Of a stretch of 64,000 nt of DNA, positions 1 to 13,489 are shown piece by piece; within the stretch, counting starts at the first letter, position 1; every line of letters begins with the position of its first letter. Made by a program: the position numbers and the translations under genes. This DNA is from Lama guanicoe (Eukaryota), in the NCBI GenBank assembly GCA_013239625.1, contig MU054323.1, positions 5,197,220 to 5,261,219 on the forward strand, in the 5' to 3' direction. The notes beneath the pieces were generated by a model. That model was given only the letters and a program-made list of their open reading frames with translations. It was not told the DNA's origin and ran no database searches.

Positions 1-103
1 TTGTGCAAGCCAATTCTTCAACAGGAGAGGGAAAGGGGGAGAGAGAGAGAGAGAGAGCGAGCACTCCTTGGTACTGTTTCTTTGGAGAACCTTGACTAAT
101 ACA
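1..103 (+). mobile_element. 3' end of an ERVL MLT2-type LTR, truncated by the window edge
   Basis: Ends tttctttggagaaccttgactaataca, matching the recalled MLT2 terminus (tctctggagaaccctgactaataca), after a GA microsatellite. Confidence 0.7.
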
Positions 104-1982
104 CATTGAGACATACAAGTAAAGCTGAATTTCCAAACAGGGCTCAGTTGGGAAATTTTTAGCTTATTAGAGCCCCAGACATAGGCCACTCATTCCTCTC
201 TATTACCTGCTCTTTCAATACCTCCTTCTCATTCATTCACAGTCACATGAACGAGTGCCTCCTCTAACATATAATCTACCATCGCTAGTCACTTATTCTC
301 CACAAGGGTGATTCCTCTTCATCCCTCAGTACCTCCACCTGAAAACGCGTAACTCCGCCACGGCTTTGTGCACAAAAACTACTGGGTTTCAGAGTGGAAA
401 ATCCTCCTGTCTCCTGCAAAAATCAGAGGGCTGATTTCAAACCGTGTAACAGTGACTTCATTTTATTAATTAATTCATCAATGGGATAAAACTTGTCATT
501 TTAACTTGTTTCTGAGATTCCAATCAAAGCCTAATTAGCATAAACATTTCAACATGTGTCCTATATTAGCAGCAGGCATCAGGAAATGAAGGCTTCCAGC
601 ATGGAGGGGTAAGGAGGCAGAAAAGGTCATCCTTGTAGCCAATGGATATGTTTTTGTTAAAAATGAGCATTCGAGAAAATGTTACAATTTGACGAATACT
701 AACAGCAGCCCTTTCTATGGGCTCGATGAATCAGGAGATTTGCAAACTTTTCACTCTACCAGCGGGGGAAGCCTTTGCGATAGTCAGACCCGTCCAAAGA
801 TGACACAAGCTCCTCCAGGGAGAGTGAGATTCCTGACGTGGAAAGCGCTTATAAACTCGCCTGAGAAGCAGGGGCAAGGCTGACAATCCCGGCTGGAGCA
901 CCGCAGTGGATACAGATGACAATTGGAGAGGAGACAATAAATTCTGCCTTTGAGGAGCCTTCCCAAGATCAGTTGGCCAGGATCAGGATTCAGCCAGATG
1001 TTAGAGGGTCTACCTAGTTCAGCTGCCTTGATCGGCCACTATTCCATGCACTGAAAAGATCCTCAGGGTATGAACCTTTGCTGTCTTGAGGTCAGTTAGA
1101 TAATTAACAGCTCGCCTCTCAGCCAATACAGACTTGTGGGAATATTAAATAGAGTGGATACCTGGGAAGAGCAGAGGGTTGGGGAATAATACTCATCTAA
1201 GGAAACGTAGAGAGAAGGACCTATATGCACACTTCCCAGTTCTATCAAGACCCAGCCTAGGCTTCCAGGTGCCATTTCACACATGCCAAAGAGTCTGGCA
1301 GAATTCTCCCAAGATGGCAGACACCCCGGCTCTGCCTCTTCAGGGTTAACACTGAAGAAATGCTGGACATTTGGCACCACCCAGGTCGGCCCTGCATATG
1401 TAACGATGGTGTCATGGCTCCTTCCCTTCCTCGACTCCCTGGTCACCCGTTTCTCTCATGGCTTTAGCTAAATCTGAAAGAAAAATTCTTCCCTCGTTCA
1501 CCATCTCACAGCCTTGGCTGTGGCTACCAATTTCACAGTTTTTCCTCCAAGCAATGACAGGTTACCTCAGTTTCATTTCTGAGTCTGATGACCTCAATTG
1601 CTGCCCATTTCCTATCTCTGTCGATGCAGAATTGTCTATTTTTATTTGAAGTTTTTAGAGACATGGAAGAGAAGCCTTGGCCTTTTCCTTCAAATAACTG
1701 CTTCGACAGCGTTATGGACGGCTGGTTAGTTTCTTTCTGACCTCCCTGAGACGTCCCATCAGCTGTACCCCAGTTTCCTCTAAATTCTGTATTCCCGGCT
1801 CTGGGACAGCAGCAGACAGCTGTGTCTTGTTCCACAATCCATAATTCCCAACTTCAAAGTTCAGTGCCAAATAAGATCGTACACTGTTGGATAACCTTTT
1901 GTACCAGCCCTTCAGCAGTAATTAAATCCTGCTCATTCCACGCCGCCTGGAGGAAACCTAGGCCCTCTGCTTGTTTCCAAGC

Positions 1983-1984
<2 letters not shown>

Positions 1985-2016
<32 letters not shown>
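1985..2016. repeat. A32 homopolymer followed by A-rich sequence
   Basis: Read directly from the sequence. Confidence 0.95.
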
Positions 2017-2018
<2 letters not shown>

Positions 2019-2342
2019 CAAAGCAAAACACAAAAACAAAGAGCAGCAGCACAAGGATCGGGTATTTCCTCTCCATTAACTGTTCTAGGCAGCAAAGTCA
2101 GGGCGCAGAGAAGGGCCTCCGGGCGGGCTGAACTGAAGGGGCTGCATCAGAGCCCTTTGAGGGGCTTCTGTGGAGCACAGGTAAGAGCAAGGTCTTAGTC
2201 GGTAAGTGGCAGGCCCACAAATCCTTTAAAAACCTCAAGTAGGCATGACTAGTCGGCTAGAGGGAACCAGGGAGGCTAAGTGAGGCCCTGAGGTAACAAG
2301 TAATCAGTGCATGGAGTTTCTCAAAGGTTCAGGAACAGAAAG

Positions 2343-2600
2343 AACTTACTGAGCTGCTAGTGTGTGCTCTGAAGGTCAGTATCATAGCCACCGCGCACTT
2401 GACACCTACTATGCGACTTACTTACATCACACCTCATCTTAACTACACTCCTGGACATATTTCTATTCTACAAATGAAGAAGCAGACTGAGAATATTTAA
2501 GAGACTTAGTCCAAAATTTGTAAACAGCAGAGCTGGGATTTGAACCTGGGTCTTTTTATATATATATAAAAAATCTATGCTCCTCCTACGATGCCAGGTT
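2343..2600 (-). mobile_element. MIR SINE relic
   Basis: Core-like tacaaatgaagaagcagactga and agctgggatttgaacctgggtct. Confidence 0.6.
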
Positions 2601-2799
2601 CCTGCACCCTACCCAAGGATCCAGCCTTTCTGTCAGCGTCTACGTTGAACAGCTACCTTCCTGGGAAAACACTGCTCAGTGGTCTGCCATACACTGGCTA
2701 ACGCCTACCGCACCGAAGTTGACAAAAGCTCGGTGAACCAGGTGTTGTCGTCATCCTCATTTCCCAACGAGGCTCGTCTCTGTAACCACCCCGGAAGGG

Positions 2800-3230
2800 A
2801 GGTTCTGAGAAATGAAAGACAGGGGAGACCTTAGAAGCTTGCAATCAAGTTGGGATGATGTTTAGAGATTCACAGAGAGAATAACAACTGCCCGGGACAA
2901 AGCGATCAGCATGAGAGATGTCGGACTGGGTGACTGCAAATTCTTGGTTAGGTGCCCAGGAGAAGGAGGACAGTTTGATCTAGAGGTTAGAGTGTCTAGA
3001 GAATGAAGCATGGACGAGGGCACCTTTGAACGTGTAAGTTGATTACTGTTTGGAGAGGCAAAGAAAAAGTGATCGAATCTTCAGAGTATGAGGAGCCACA
3101 AAGGTACAATTGCAGAAGTGGAAAAAATAATGGTGTTTGCAAGGGACAATGGGGACATTCCTTTGGCTGAAATGGGTTGTTAACGCTTTAGGAACAATGA
3201 AAGAGAAAGTCCAAAACGTAACGATCCACC
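2800..3230 (-). mobile_element. L2 LINE relic
   Basis: Degenerate antisense L2 3'-region motifs (gaccttagaagcttgcaatcaagttggg) and purine-rich body. Confidence 0.4.
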
Positions 3231-3235
3231 TAAAT

Positions 3236-3478
3236 CAGAAGTCTCAATATCTTAATTGTACAATTCATTAGTAAAAACGAATTTAGCTGGTGCCCCAAAA
3301 TATGTACATTTGTTCTAATCTAAATTATATACATGCATTACTGTCCAAATAGACTGTTATATAAAGTGAAGGTGTCAGAATATTTTAAAGGATAAGATAA
3401 ATAAACATAATTAGAAGTTCTATTTCTTTTTGGCATCGAATGGATTTTGAGAGGTATACATGCTCTATTTTAGGGCTG
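3236..3478. mobile_element. hAT-Charlie MITE relic, MER113-like
   Basis: ccccaaaatatgtacatt..taaattatatacatgcattactgt..ttaaaggataagataaa resembles the recalled MER113 interior. Confidence 0.4.
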
Positions 3479-3499
3479 AATTCCAGCCCACATCCTTCT

Positions 3500-4700
3500 T
3501 TATTTCGTCAGTTTTATTGAGGTGAAGTTGACAAATAAAAAGTGAATATTTTTAAGATGTACAACATGATGTTTTGATATACGTCTACATTGTGAGATGG
3601 TTACCACAATCAAGCTAATTAATATGTCCATCACCTCACACAGTTCCCTTTCTGTGGGTGTGTGTGGTGAGAACATTTAAGATCTCCTCTCTTAGCAAGT
3701 TTCAAGTATGCGATCCAATGTCATTAATTATAGTCACCATGCTCTACCTTTGATTTCTGGAAGTGATTCATTCCACATAACTAAAATTTTGTACACTTTG
3801 ACCGACCAACATCTCTCCATTTCCCTCACCCCTCAACTTCTAGAAACCAGTGTTCTACTCTCTGCTTTTATGAGCTGGACTTTTACAAGTTCCACATGTA
3901 AGTGAGATCATGCAGTGTTTGTACTTCTGTGCCTGGCTTATTTCAATCAGCATAATGTTCTCCAGTTTCCTCAATGTGGTCACAAACGGCAGGATTTCCT
4001 TCTTTTTTAAGGTAGCATAGTGTGTGAGTGAGCGTGTGTCACATGTTCTTTAACCATTCATCCACTGACAAGCACTCAGGTTGTTTCCACGCCCTGGCTG
4101 TTGTGAACACCACAGCAGTGAAGTTGGGCGTGCAGGTATCTGCTCAAGATCCTGATTTCATCTCCTTTGACTCCAGACCCAGAAGTGGGACTGCTGGATC
4201 ATAAGGTAGCTCTACTTTTAATATCTGAGGAAACTCCATATTGTTTTGCATAATGTTGATACCAATTTACATCCAATTGTGTACCAACAATATATGCGGG
4301 GTGGGGTGTCCTCTTTTCTCCACATCCTCACCACATCTGGCTATCTTTTATCTTTTTAATAATAGCCATTCTAGTGTGAAGGAATATCTCATTCTGGTTC
4401 TGGATTGCATTTCCCCGGTAATCAGTGGTGTGAACACCTTTTGGGCACTGGTATATCTTCTTTTGAGAAATGTATAATCCAGTCCTTTGCCCATTTTAAA
4501 TTGGGCTGGTTATTTTTTTTATTTATTTACTTACTTACTTCCCGACCTACAGTTTGCAAATACTCTCTCCCACTCCTTAGATTCTCTCTGCACCCTGCTG
4601 ATTGTTTCCTTTGCTCTGCAGGAACTTTCAGTTTTATTCAGTTTAACTTATTTTTGCTTTTCCTGTCTGTGTTTTGGGGGTCATATAAAAAAAGTCATTT
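3500..4700 (-). mobile_element. L1 3' UTR plus ORF2 C-terminal relic (L1MA8/9-like)
   Basis: Antisense L1MA 3' end tttattgaggtgaagttgacaaat..ggttaccacaatcaagctaatt; cccagaagtgggactgctggatcata; tttgcccattttaaattggg. Confidence 0.9.
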
Positions 4701-4844
4701 GCAGTATTTTCATCGTTGCTCACCTAAAGTTGTTTTACTAAATGGAGAGGCAACTACTTTGTAGCAAGGACAATGTCCTGCCATCTCTGATGGTTCTTGC
4801 ACTTCTGTGTTTGTTACAACAGCATATTTTGACAGATACATTAC

Positions 4845-4990
4845 TGGGCTGAGTGTCAAGATTCTGGGCTTCTACTCTGGGTTTAGTCTGAAATACCTTA
4901 AGGCATCTTACATATGTCTCTTTACCCCTCGGGATTTATTTCCTCATCTGTGGAAACAAGGGATGGACAACACTCATCTCAGGGAACTCC
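4845..4990 (+). mobile_element. MIR relic
   Basis: MIR core tttcctcatctgtggaaacaaggg. Confidence 0.5.
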
Positions 4991-5944
4991 AGCTCCAGCA
5001 GTTTATGACCTAAAACTGGGGCTAGTTCTAATACGATCAAATAATTAGGACTAAGGGCTTCCAGAAGATACAAGAATGGAATGCATCTCATACGCCTGCT
5101 GACAACGCTACAGATGCAGGCTGGGTGTAAGGTGAGCCTTCAGGTACAGTCCACAAATCATGGTACGTTCCCATCAGTGGATAAAACTCACTCCACCTCT
5201 CAGTGTGCCTACCCTTAAGCTATTTTTACTTCCAGGCATAAGGAATATGAGCTCCTATCTCCTTGTGCTCTGGGATCAGTGTAAGAGGACAAAGCATGAG
5301 AATTCTCCAAATAAAAACAATAGTTTTTCATCTCTCACCAAAGACAGCTACAAGGTCTTATTAAAAGTCACGCACAGTACATGAAATGACTTCACAGGAC
5401 AGTGAGAAGTTCTGTTAAAGAGCCTCTTTTGGCTTGCTTTAAATCTGTATTCTCATTTGAATTTTAGAGATTTTTCTTTTCTATTCTTTTGGCTTCAGTA
5501 ATACCAAAAGAGAGACAGCTGGGGACCCCAGGGAGTAAGATATTTTGGAAGAATATTTTCTATTAAGTCCCCTAGAGAAGAAATTTGTATGGTTAATTTC
5601 TTAGAGAACCTTGTGGTTCTCTGAACTTGCCTGGTTTTATTCACATTTTCCAGACATTTACTGCCAACCCAACTCCCCAGCTGAGCTAACTCAGATCCCA
5701 GGGGTTTGCTGTTCTAATTTTTCTAACCAAAGAAAAACCCTAGCAGTTATCCAGTCATGGGTTTTTAAGACTAAGGTTGAAGATGCCCTGATTCATCCAC
5801 TATCTTCATTCCTGCTCTCCTGAGAGAAATAAACACTCTGTGGCAGACAAGCCTGACCTGGAGTCCCTAACAGCCTCAGATTGTGACCAAACCTGTCACA
5901 GGAGTCTCTTTAACCACTTCCTAACCCAAATACCAACTAGGAAA

Positions 5945-6150
5945 TTCTTATTTAGTGCCCACTACGGGTTAAGACCTTTACCATGCATTTCAGTCATTAT
6001 CTCATTTAACATATAAAACCACCCTTCAGGATCATTGCTAATTTTACCATTTGAAAAATGAAAAAGCTGAAGACCAGAGAAATGACTTCTCTGTAACCAC
6101 ACAGCGAGGAGTGGGGGCAGAGCAGGTCAGCGTGCCGGGTGTGACCCTGT
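5945..6150 (-). mobile_element. MIR relic
   Basis: attatctcatttaac..ccatttgaaaaatgaaaaagctgaagaccagagaaatgactt. Confidence 0.6.
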
Positions 6151-6199
6151 AACATCCTGTCCACAGACACCTCTCTGCCCTCTGATTGACACTTCAGCG

Positions 6200-6310
6200 G
6201 CTGCTTCCCACACGAGTCATGAGCCCTTGAAAAGCAGGACCCTGTGCTTTCTCCTTTGCACCCCCAGTGGCTAACACAGTGCCGTTCACGGAACTGCTGC
6301 TACTCATTTT
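6200..6310 (+). mobile_element. L2 3' end
   Basis: tgagcccttgaaaagcaggaccctgtgc..cccccagtggctaacacagtgcc. Confidence 0.55.
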
Positions 6311-8714
6311 CGTCTCTGTGTGGACTTGAGAAGGGAGATTCAGGTGAGGGCTGTGGCCGGCAAAGAATTCTCCCTGGATGTGTGAGGAGAGGTGGGGTCA
6401 ATACGTCTAGAAGAATGGATGGGTCTGGGCTGACGAAGTGAAGCTGCCCAGCATCTCTGTAAGGGCATGTTTGCTTGGTAGAGGCGGCCCCAGGGACGGA
6501 AGGCATGTCACATGGCTGTGTGTGAACTAGGAATGGTGCCGTTAGCCAGTACTGGATATAAGAAGTGAGAAATTGCTGACTGATGGGATTAGCCTGGGCT
6601 CAGAAATACTGCCTCTTTGAATGTCTGGGTTCGGGTCTTGCAATTTCTCAAGCTCGCCCAAGGGCAGTGATTGGTCTCACCCACACGCCTCCTCCCATAT
6701 TCCATTTCCACTAAAGAGAGAAAGCTTAACTTTAAGGTGAGCTCTTTGCCTTTGATATTGTGACAAGAAATGTACATTGCTCTTTGCCAAACCTACCCCA
6801 CTGACCTGCCCTTATTCTTGGAAGGAAATAAGAAGGAAACAGAGGAAGTTAGGAGGGGGCTGATTCTTGGCACAGTCGCTCATTTAGAAAAGTCATTTCA
6901 AATTGCACAAGGTGCTTCAATTGCCCTATTTTCCTGAAATTAATTCTAAATTTTATGGGTACAATTTGTTTCCCTTAAGTCTCTAATTATGCTTTTAACA
7001 TTCAATCTTTCAAACTCTAGCCATTAGTGACTTAATACGGTGTTATCAGGAGATAGAGTGGAGTTAGGAGTGTGGGTGGGAATTGTAAGAGCAGAAGTTG
7101 CACCTGTGCTTGTGATGGTTTGAAATTGATGTCCCCTGGAGGAAAGCTGAAAGAAAAATCTAATAAGTCACCAAAATAGACTAAAGTCAAGTCTGAAAAT
7201 TAGTATTTAAGGTATTAGCACAAGGGGCTAGGAAGGGCTTGAGCAATAAGCACAAAGTTCCATTTAAGCTTCCTGAACGTGGGGTGCTGGTGTGGGATTT
7301 CAGGCCAAATGAGAAGAGTCACAGAAAACCCAGATATCACCAGGCAGCAGAGCGTGCACCAGGTGTAAACCCTAAGGTTAGAGGAGGACTTTCAAGGACA
7401 TAGAAAATGGAGGAAGGATATAGGTAAGAAGGGGCTTGGTGACATGACAAAAAAAAAATAAAATAAAATAAAATTGAAGGTTAAATTATTGAATAGCCGG
7501 GAGGAGCCTGTTGGAGGAGCGAGACAGAAGACAATCAGTAAAGCAGAGTTATCATTCCTTAAATGTTCCATGAATAAGTGCCAACTGAGTAGCCACAACG
7601 CTGCTTCTAGTTCTTAAAAGAGGAGGTTTACCAGATGACCTCTGTACCTCAGCTGCACTGCCAACGGCCATACTTCCCACCTGTACTGACACAGTTGCCC
7701 CATGGCTCTGAGGACAGTATGTGATGGGAACCCTTAAATGCTGCAGAGTTTCAGAAACAGAGACCGAGGGGAACTAATATAAGCATGGATGGCTTCATGA
7801 GGGGCTCAAACAGAGGAGCCAAAGGTCCAGACTGCACTACAGAGAATTCACAGTTTGAGAAACTGAAGAGGAAGGAAAAACAAACAAACAAACAAAAAAA
7901 CAGACCTGGCTTTTAGGAAACTGACAGACTAAACACACCAGAGTTTGGGAAAACTGAAGTCCTGCCAGGAGGACCTTGGGACGGAGGCACAAGAGAAGCC
8001 CAGCCAGTTATAGGCATTCATTCCTTGAAAATAGGAGTCATTGTCTCTACAACCAACAGAGTCAACCACAGAGGCAGACAGAAGAAGGAGCCGCCATTGT
8101 CTGGTGGGAGAGAAGAGAATCGCACCCATGAAACAATGAGTTGTTTGGACAGAAAAATTCCACATCAAAAATATGCTCTGTAGAAGCTTATGGAGGTGAA
8201 AAAAAAACAAAAACAAACAAATAAAAAAAAAAACACTGACCTTGAGATGTCGAGTGACATCTCCTTAGATGAGAGAGTTCCTAGCTGGAATAGAAGGATG
8301 ACAAGATAGTGGAGAGAAAGGAAAATCAAAACTCCTAGTAAGGAGAGCGGCCTGAGAAAGAAGACAAAGCGAGTCAAAGACGAGGACAGGGGGCCTGATG
8401 ACAGTAAAAACTACATCGGCCAGAACTGCTTGGTGCTCCTGGGGATGCTGGAGATAGAGTCGGAGCTGGGTGATAAAGCCAGGCTGTGGTAGACCCTGAC
8501 TTCGATGTTAAACATGTTAGACCTCCCGCAACGAACCAAACAGAAAATATTAAACATTTCTGAGCAGAAATTTGACATTAAGATAGGTCTGTTGGAATCT
8601 TTCCATTTTTTGCATGTGATTTTGATCAGCACTTCTCACCCTAAGATCCTGACAATTGTCAGATGTCGGGGAGGTGACAGCAAAGGGAATGTCCACAGCT
8701 CGAGAGTTTTCTAA

Positions 8715-8763
8715 ATGGTATACATTTTAGGAAACGTGCATATGGTACATTTTAGGAAAGCAT
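8715..8763. repeat. Short imperfect tandem duplication (2 copies)
   Basis: atggtatacattttaggaaacgtgcat followed by atggtacattttaggaaagcat. Confidence 0.85.
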
Positions 8764-11039
8764 GGACCAACTGCCCAACCCGAGCTCTGATGTCAGGACC
8801 CCCTCACGTGTCATCCACACAGAACTGCTTTCAGCGTGGATGTTTCCCCAAATCCTACATGTACAAGTGTGTACCACCCATCCTCTTGTGCCATCCACAT
8901 GCGTGTGTGCCATATTCATAGGTTCGCCATTAAAACAGGTGTTCCATCTTCCCAGGTGTGCCACCTACCAAGCTGTGTCATCAACACAGGTGTGTGATAG
9001 CTAACTGATCTCTGGTACAAGTGAGGCATATGTAGCCCCTTTCTTTCCATCATCTGTCCACATGGAATGCTCTACAATAAAGCAAAGTATACTGAATTAT
9101 CATCCATAGCACTATGAACCTCCAAAGGTGAGGAGCCACGCATCCTCTTTGTTTGGTACCACACTTTCTTCTTGACTCATCTTTCAAGTCCTAACATAAA
9201 CAGAAAAAAAAATTCCTTCTAAGAATCTCATATTCCAAACATTTATTCTAAATGAACTGCAGAAGTCAGTAACATGTAAATAACAAAAACACTGAAACAA
9301 ACAAAACAGTAAGCTTAACATGTATATATTTTAATAGATTTGCTGCAACATCTGTGCAAATTTAAGGGAAAGGCATTAAATACAACAATAGAGGAAGAAT
9401 AATCTTCCCATTTTACCTTTTACTTATCTCTCTCCCCTTGCATAGGAATAAAAAAAAAACTATAACACAAGCTTCACACTTCCACAAAAAAAACCTTCTT
9501 TAATTCAAAGATGAACTTGAGTATGACCTCAGAGAATTCAGAACTGACGCCACGTTAGTCCTTTAATAAACTGGACTTGGAAATAACTGATCTCAACAAA
9601 AATTCAATCAAAACTAAAGTCTTATCTTTCTTCAAAAACTGGATAGTCGAGAATTGAATGTGACGTTCTGGAAAAATCGAAGAAGAAATAACATCAAACT
9701 AGTTTGTTCCTGAAAACAAGGCGACAAGAAACTGATGGCATTTTCAACCTGTGGTCTTACTATAAACGATGCTGGGCTTAGAAACCAAGTCACTTGGATC
9801 TCTTAAAATCCAACACAGAGGTAGAGACAGATAACGAGGAATCACAGTGGCAACTTTTCTAGGGAAATCTGGAAATACGGAATCCAAGGAGGTCCTACAA
9901 ACAACGACTATCAGTTCTTTGAATAGATGAAAGTTTTCCACCCAAAATATCCAAAGGGTTTGGTCTCTTCCCTCAACTTCCCTTTCCTTAGAAAGGCAAT
10001 GAAAGACAGCAAAGAATGTAAAATTAAGAAAAGGGAGAGACTTTGTAACTTCTTTCTCAATCCTGCTTAGCAATATCTTCTACAAAGAAACAGAAATGGC
10101 TGGTCACTTCCTGCCTTTTCCTGACCTTAAAGATGGGTAAAGTTAAGCAGGGAAGCCAGTCTCCAAGGGACTGGGAAGGGCTTACCCTTTGCACAATCAC
10201 ATCACATCCCCAAGTAGTTTTCACAAAACAAACAAACTCTAGCTACCATACTAAATTGTCTTTGATTTTCCTTGTAAAGTGAATTAGAACAGGGATGAGA
10301 CCGGTTCAATCCCCTGATGTCACTCTCTTTCAGTTTAATGACGACACGATTTATTGAACAAGAGAAAATGTGAAAATTTTGCAAAACCCACACTCACTCA
10401 TCTGTGCTACAGACCATGAAGGACATTTGCATATGAATGACATATATCTGTCATTTGAATCCTAGTGGAAAAAAATATAGCATGATAACTTCAGTTAGAG
10501 GAAGAAGGACTGTGAAAGAAAATGGAGGGATCCGATACCTAATAGCCCAAAGAATAAACACCCTCCTCCACATCAAAACATTTGCACTGTCAGACTAACG
10601 AAGACGTGGGGAACACTGAGCGGGCTAATTTAACCGAGAACATAGTTTTCCTCTAAAAGAATCATCTTCTGATTTGAACTTGCACGTATGAAGTCCAAGA
10701 TAGTTTTCTATTAATCCAGTGCACAAGGAAAACTAGGATTCTTACTGAGTAAAACACTAAATCATTCCATTATATATGATCAGTGTATTAAGCTGCATTA
10801 TGAGAACTATGGGAGCCACAGTTACATGAAGACGGAAAAGGGATTTCTACTCTTGAGGCACTCACATTTTAGTGGGAGAGACTAGTTTAAAAAATATACA
10901 TATATATATTTATGTCTATATAACATGCAACATATAGTAGGATAATCTAAGTCAAATTCAATAAGAAAAAGTTTATCTATAAAGGTACATGCAGGCTGTT
11001 GAGAAATGACAAGGGATAACGCAAGTGTGTGTCCCAGAC

Positions 11040-11344
11040 TAAAGACACGTGGGAGGAAGAAATCACTGGAGTCCGGAAGACCTGAGACTAAATCTGAGGG
11101 TGCAGCCTGCCCCCTGCAAGTCCCCGGGAGGGAATCAGGAGGATAACACTCCTGACCTCACTCTTCACCCTCCACCTTGTCTCTGCTGATCCTCCTCCCA
11201 CCCACAACCACCATGGTCCAAGCCAACCTGCAGCTGGAGGGCAAAGGAGCCAGTTGATACAGTCTCTCCCGGTCAGAAACCCTCAACACAGAACAGACCA
11301 CAGAAGGGCGGGGTGTAGGTCTGGAGGACAATCTAACCCAGCAC
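11040..11344 (-). mobile_element. ERVL solo LTR relic, LTR33-like
   Basis: ccaacctgcagctggagggcaaaggagccagttgatacagtc..tctggaggacaatctaacccagcaca resembles the recalled LTR33 terminus. Confidence 0.55.
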
Positions 11345-11428
11345 AGCAGTACTTGGACTAGGCTCAGTCCCGAGAGAGGTAATGTCTGAATTATGTCACC
11401 TTCGAAGTCTCTGCTAATAGTTTACCTC

Positions 11429-11515
11429 CTCAGTGGTAGAGTTCATGCTCAGCATGCAGGAGATCCTGGGTTCAATTCCCAGCACCTCCATTAGAAAAGG
11501 AAAAGAAAAAAAAAA
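11429..11515 (+). mobile_element. tRNA(Ala)-derived SINE, camelid Vic-1-like, 5'-truncated
   Basis: ctcagtggtagagttcatgctcagcatgcaggagatcctgggttcaattcccagcacctcca plus A-rich tail; B box ggttcaattcc intact, A box clipped. Confidence 0.8.
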
Positions 11516-11619
11516 GCTCTTAATAAACACAATAAACTCTTCAATCTTTAAAAAAATTTGTTTACCTCTTCCTTGAAGTCTCTCCAGATCTCCTGAGGAT
11601 CAGCTACTAATTTCTGTGA

Positions 11620-11800
11620 TCCATAGACTCTTCTTTCCTTGCATTTAACCCTTATTTCATTGTGACATATTTCGTGGTCAGTTGGGTGTGTATTTGTCTG
11701 TGTAAATAGGTTCTGAGATCTTCTGGAAGAAAGTTCTGTGTCTGAGTCAGCTTTGTATTTCCAGTGCCTGGCACGAGTAACAATCACCCACGTTTTCTCA
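11620..11800 (+). mobile_element. L2 3' end
   Basis: ttctgtgtctgagtcagctttgtatttccagtgcctggcacga. Confidence 0.5.
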
Positions 11801-12109
11801 AATTGGACGTGAGTTATTGTATCCATCCTCTGGGTAACTCAGCACATCAGGGAGCTACACTGGGTGTGAACACTCTCCTGTACACTCTTACCTCTCTCAG
11901 TGTGTCCATATGACCGGCACCTGCACGCTCATGCATCTGCAAAGGAGAGATTGTTTTATCATCTAGCTGACACACAGCGGGAGAGTGCAACACGATTGTC
12001 CAGGAGCCGATGGAACAGTCAAGTGTTTGCAGTAACACAGATATTTACTAGGTAGCATCCTCCTTATTGACTCAATAAATACTGGTATTCAAAACCATTC
12101 AGAGTTAGA

Positions 12110-12290
12110 CAACAAACATTTTCTGAGGGACTTTTCTGCCCAAGATGTCTGTGCTGAGCAATTTCACACCTGTGGTCTCATATGATAGTCAGAAGAACTC
12201 CACGGGGTAGGGGATTATCATCTGCATTTTATAGACAAGAAACTGAGGCTGAAGGACATTCAGAGATGTAACTGTTAAGTGGAAAACATA
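12110..12290 (-). mobile_element. MIR relic
   Basis: attatcatctgcattttatagacaagaaactgaggctga. Confidence 0.65.
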
Positions 12291-13489
12291 AAAACAATTC
12301 TTTTATTTCAACTGAGGCCCCCTTCTTATGGCACCAGAGTGATTTCTTAATCTGAGAAATAAATGTATATAGGATTGATTGTTTTTATTATTTTTAACAT
12401 TGCATTATTTATATATTATGATATACAGTTTATATAATAATTATTATTTATAATTTTTATTATATGACACACATAATAATATACAAGAGAATGTTTAGAT
12501 CATCGTCTCTTAGGCATGTTTACATTGTTATAAATGCTTAAATCTACTATTAATTGATTTTTGAAATTTGGGGAAAGATAGAAAACATCTTACTACAGAA
12601 CGAAAATAAATGAGTAATTACCAGGACCATTCCTATTATGAAAAACACATTAAAATATTGATTAATAAACAGTTTGTAACAACCAGAATAGTAAACATTA
12701 GGTTGATGTGAGCTGGAATGTTTTCTTGCACATTTTAACTATAAATCTGTGAAACTGCAAGCTACTGGTTGGAGTTCATGGTAATGAATTTTTATGGGAA
12801 AAACGGAAACTGATTCCGGGAAGCCAGAAAGTTTGCTTCCTAGCTAAAGAAAAACATTACAAAGCAAAACAGACTGTGGCAGTAAAAAGTAAAAACTGCC
12901 ATGATTTGTAGCTCTGGGTGCCAACTTCATTAATTAATACAGACTTTAAAATCCTTTCAAGAATATGAGCTGAAGGACCAGAACTACTGCTGGTGTAGAT
13001 AGTAAATACAGATCAAATGGGTTTCATTTAAAATATGGTGGCTTCAGATAAGACTAATTAGCAGGATGACAAAAACAGTCAATAAAACAGAAACGAATCT
13101 TATTCTTAAATGCTGGCAACAATTAGTGGAATTAATTGGAAATTGTTCCTGTTGCCCATTTGTAGATAAAAGCTTGACGCTAGTTTTTGCTTGCTTGTAT
13201 TTTGGTATTTTGTATTATTTTCCTGTGTTGTAATAACATATATCTTATTCTATGTGAGCAGAGGTGAAGACGTCATCAAGGAAAGCGGGAAGTGGGGCAA
13301 GCAAGCTGGGGGTTGGGGTGGGGGGCGGGTAGGGACGAAGGAGAAAACGTAGAGAGGCTAACGGAGGCAGACAGGTGGGATAGGCCAGGACTCCAGGACA
13401 GGGAATAACAACTACTTTTTTCTCTTTAATTCGTATTTTTTTTCCCAGAGCAGCGTTATCTGTTCTGCTTCCCTTGATGGCTCTTGATT

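Noticed and set aside
1822..2198. Lys- and Phe-rich ORFs
   Set aside because: Artefacts of the A32 homopolymer
7875..8245. Two similar A/AAAC tracts each followed by acct
   Set aside because: Low-complexity similarity with no extended flanking homology
11429..11490. tRNA-Ala gene
   Set aside because: The 5' acceptor stem and start of the A box are missing and an A-rich tail follows, so a SINE fits better
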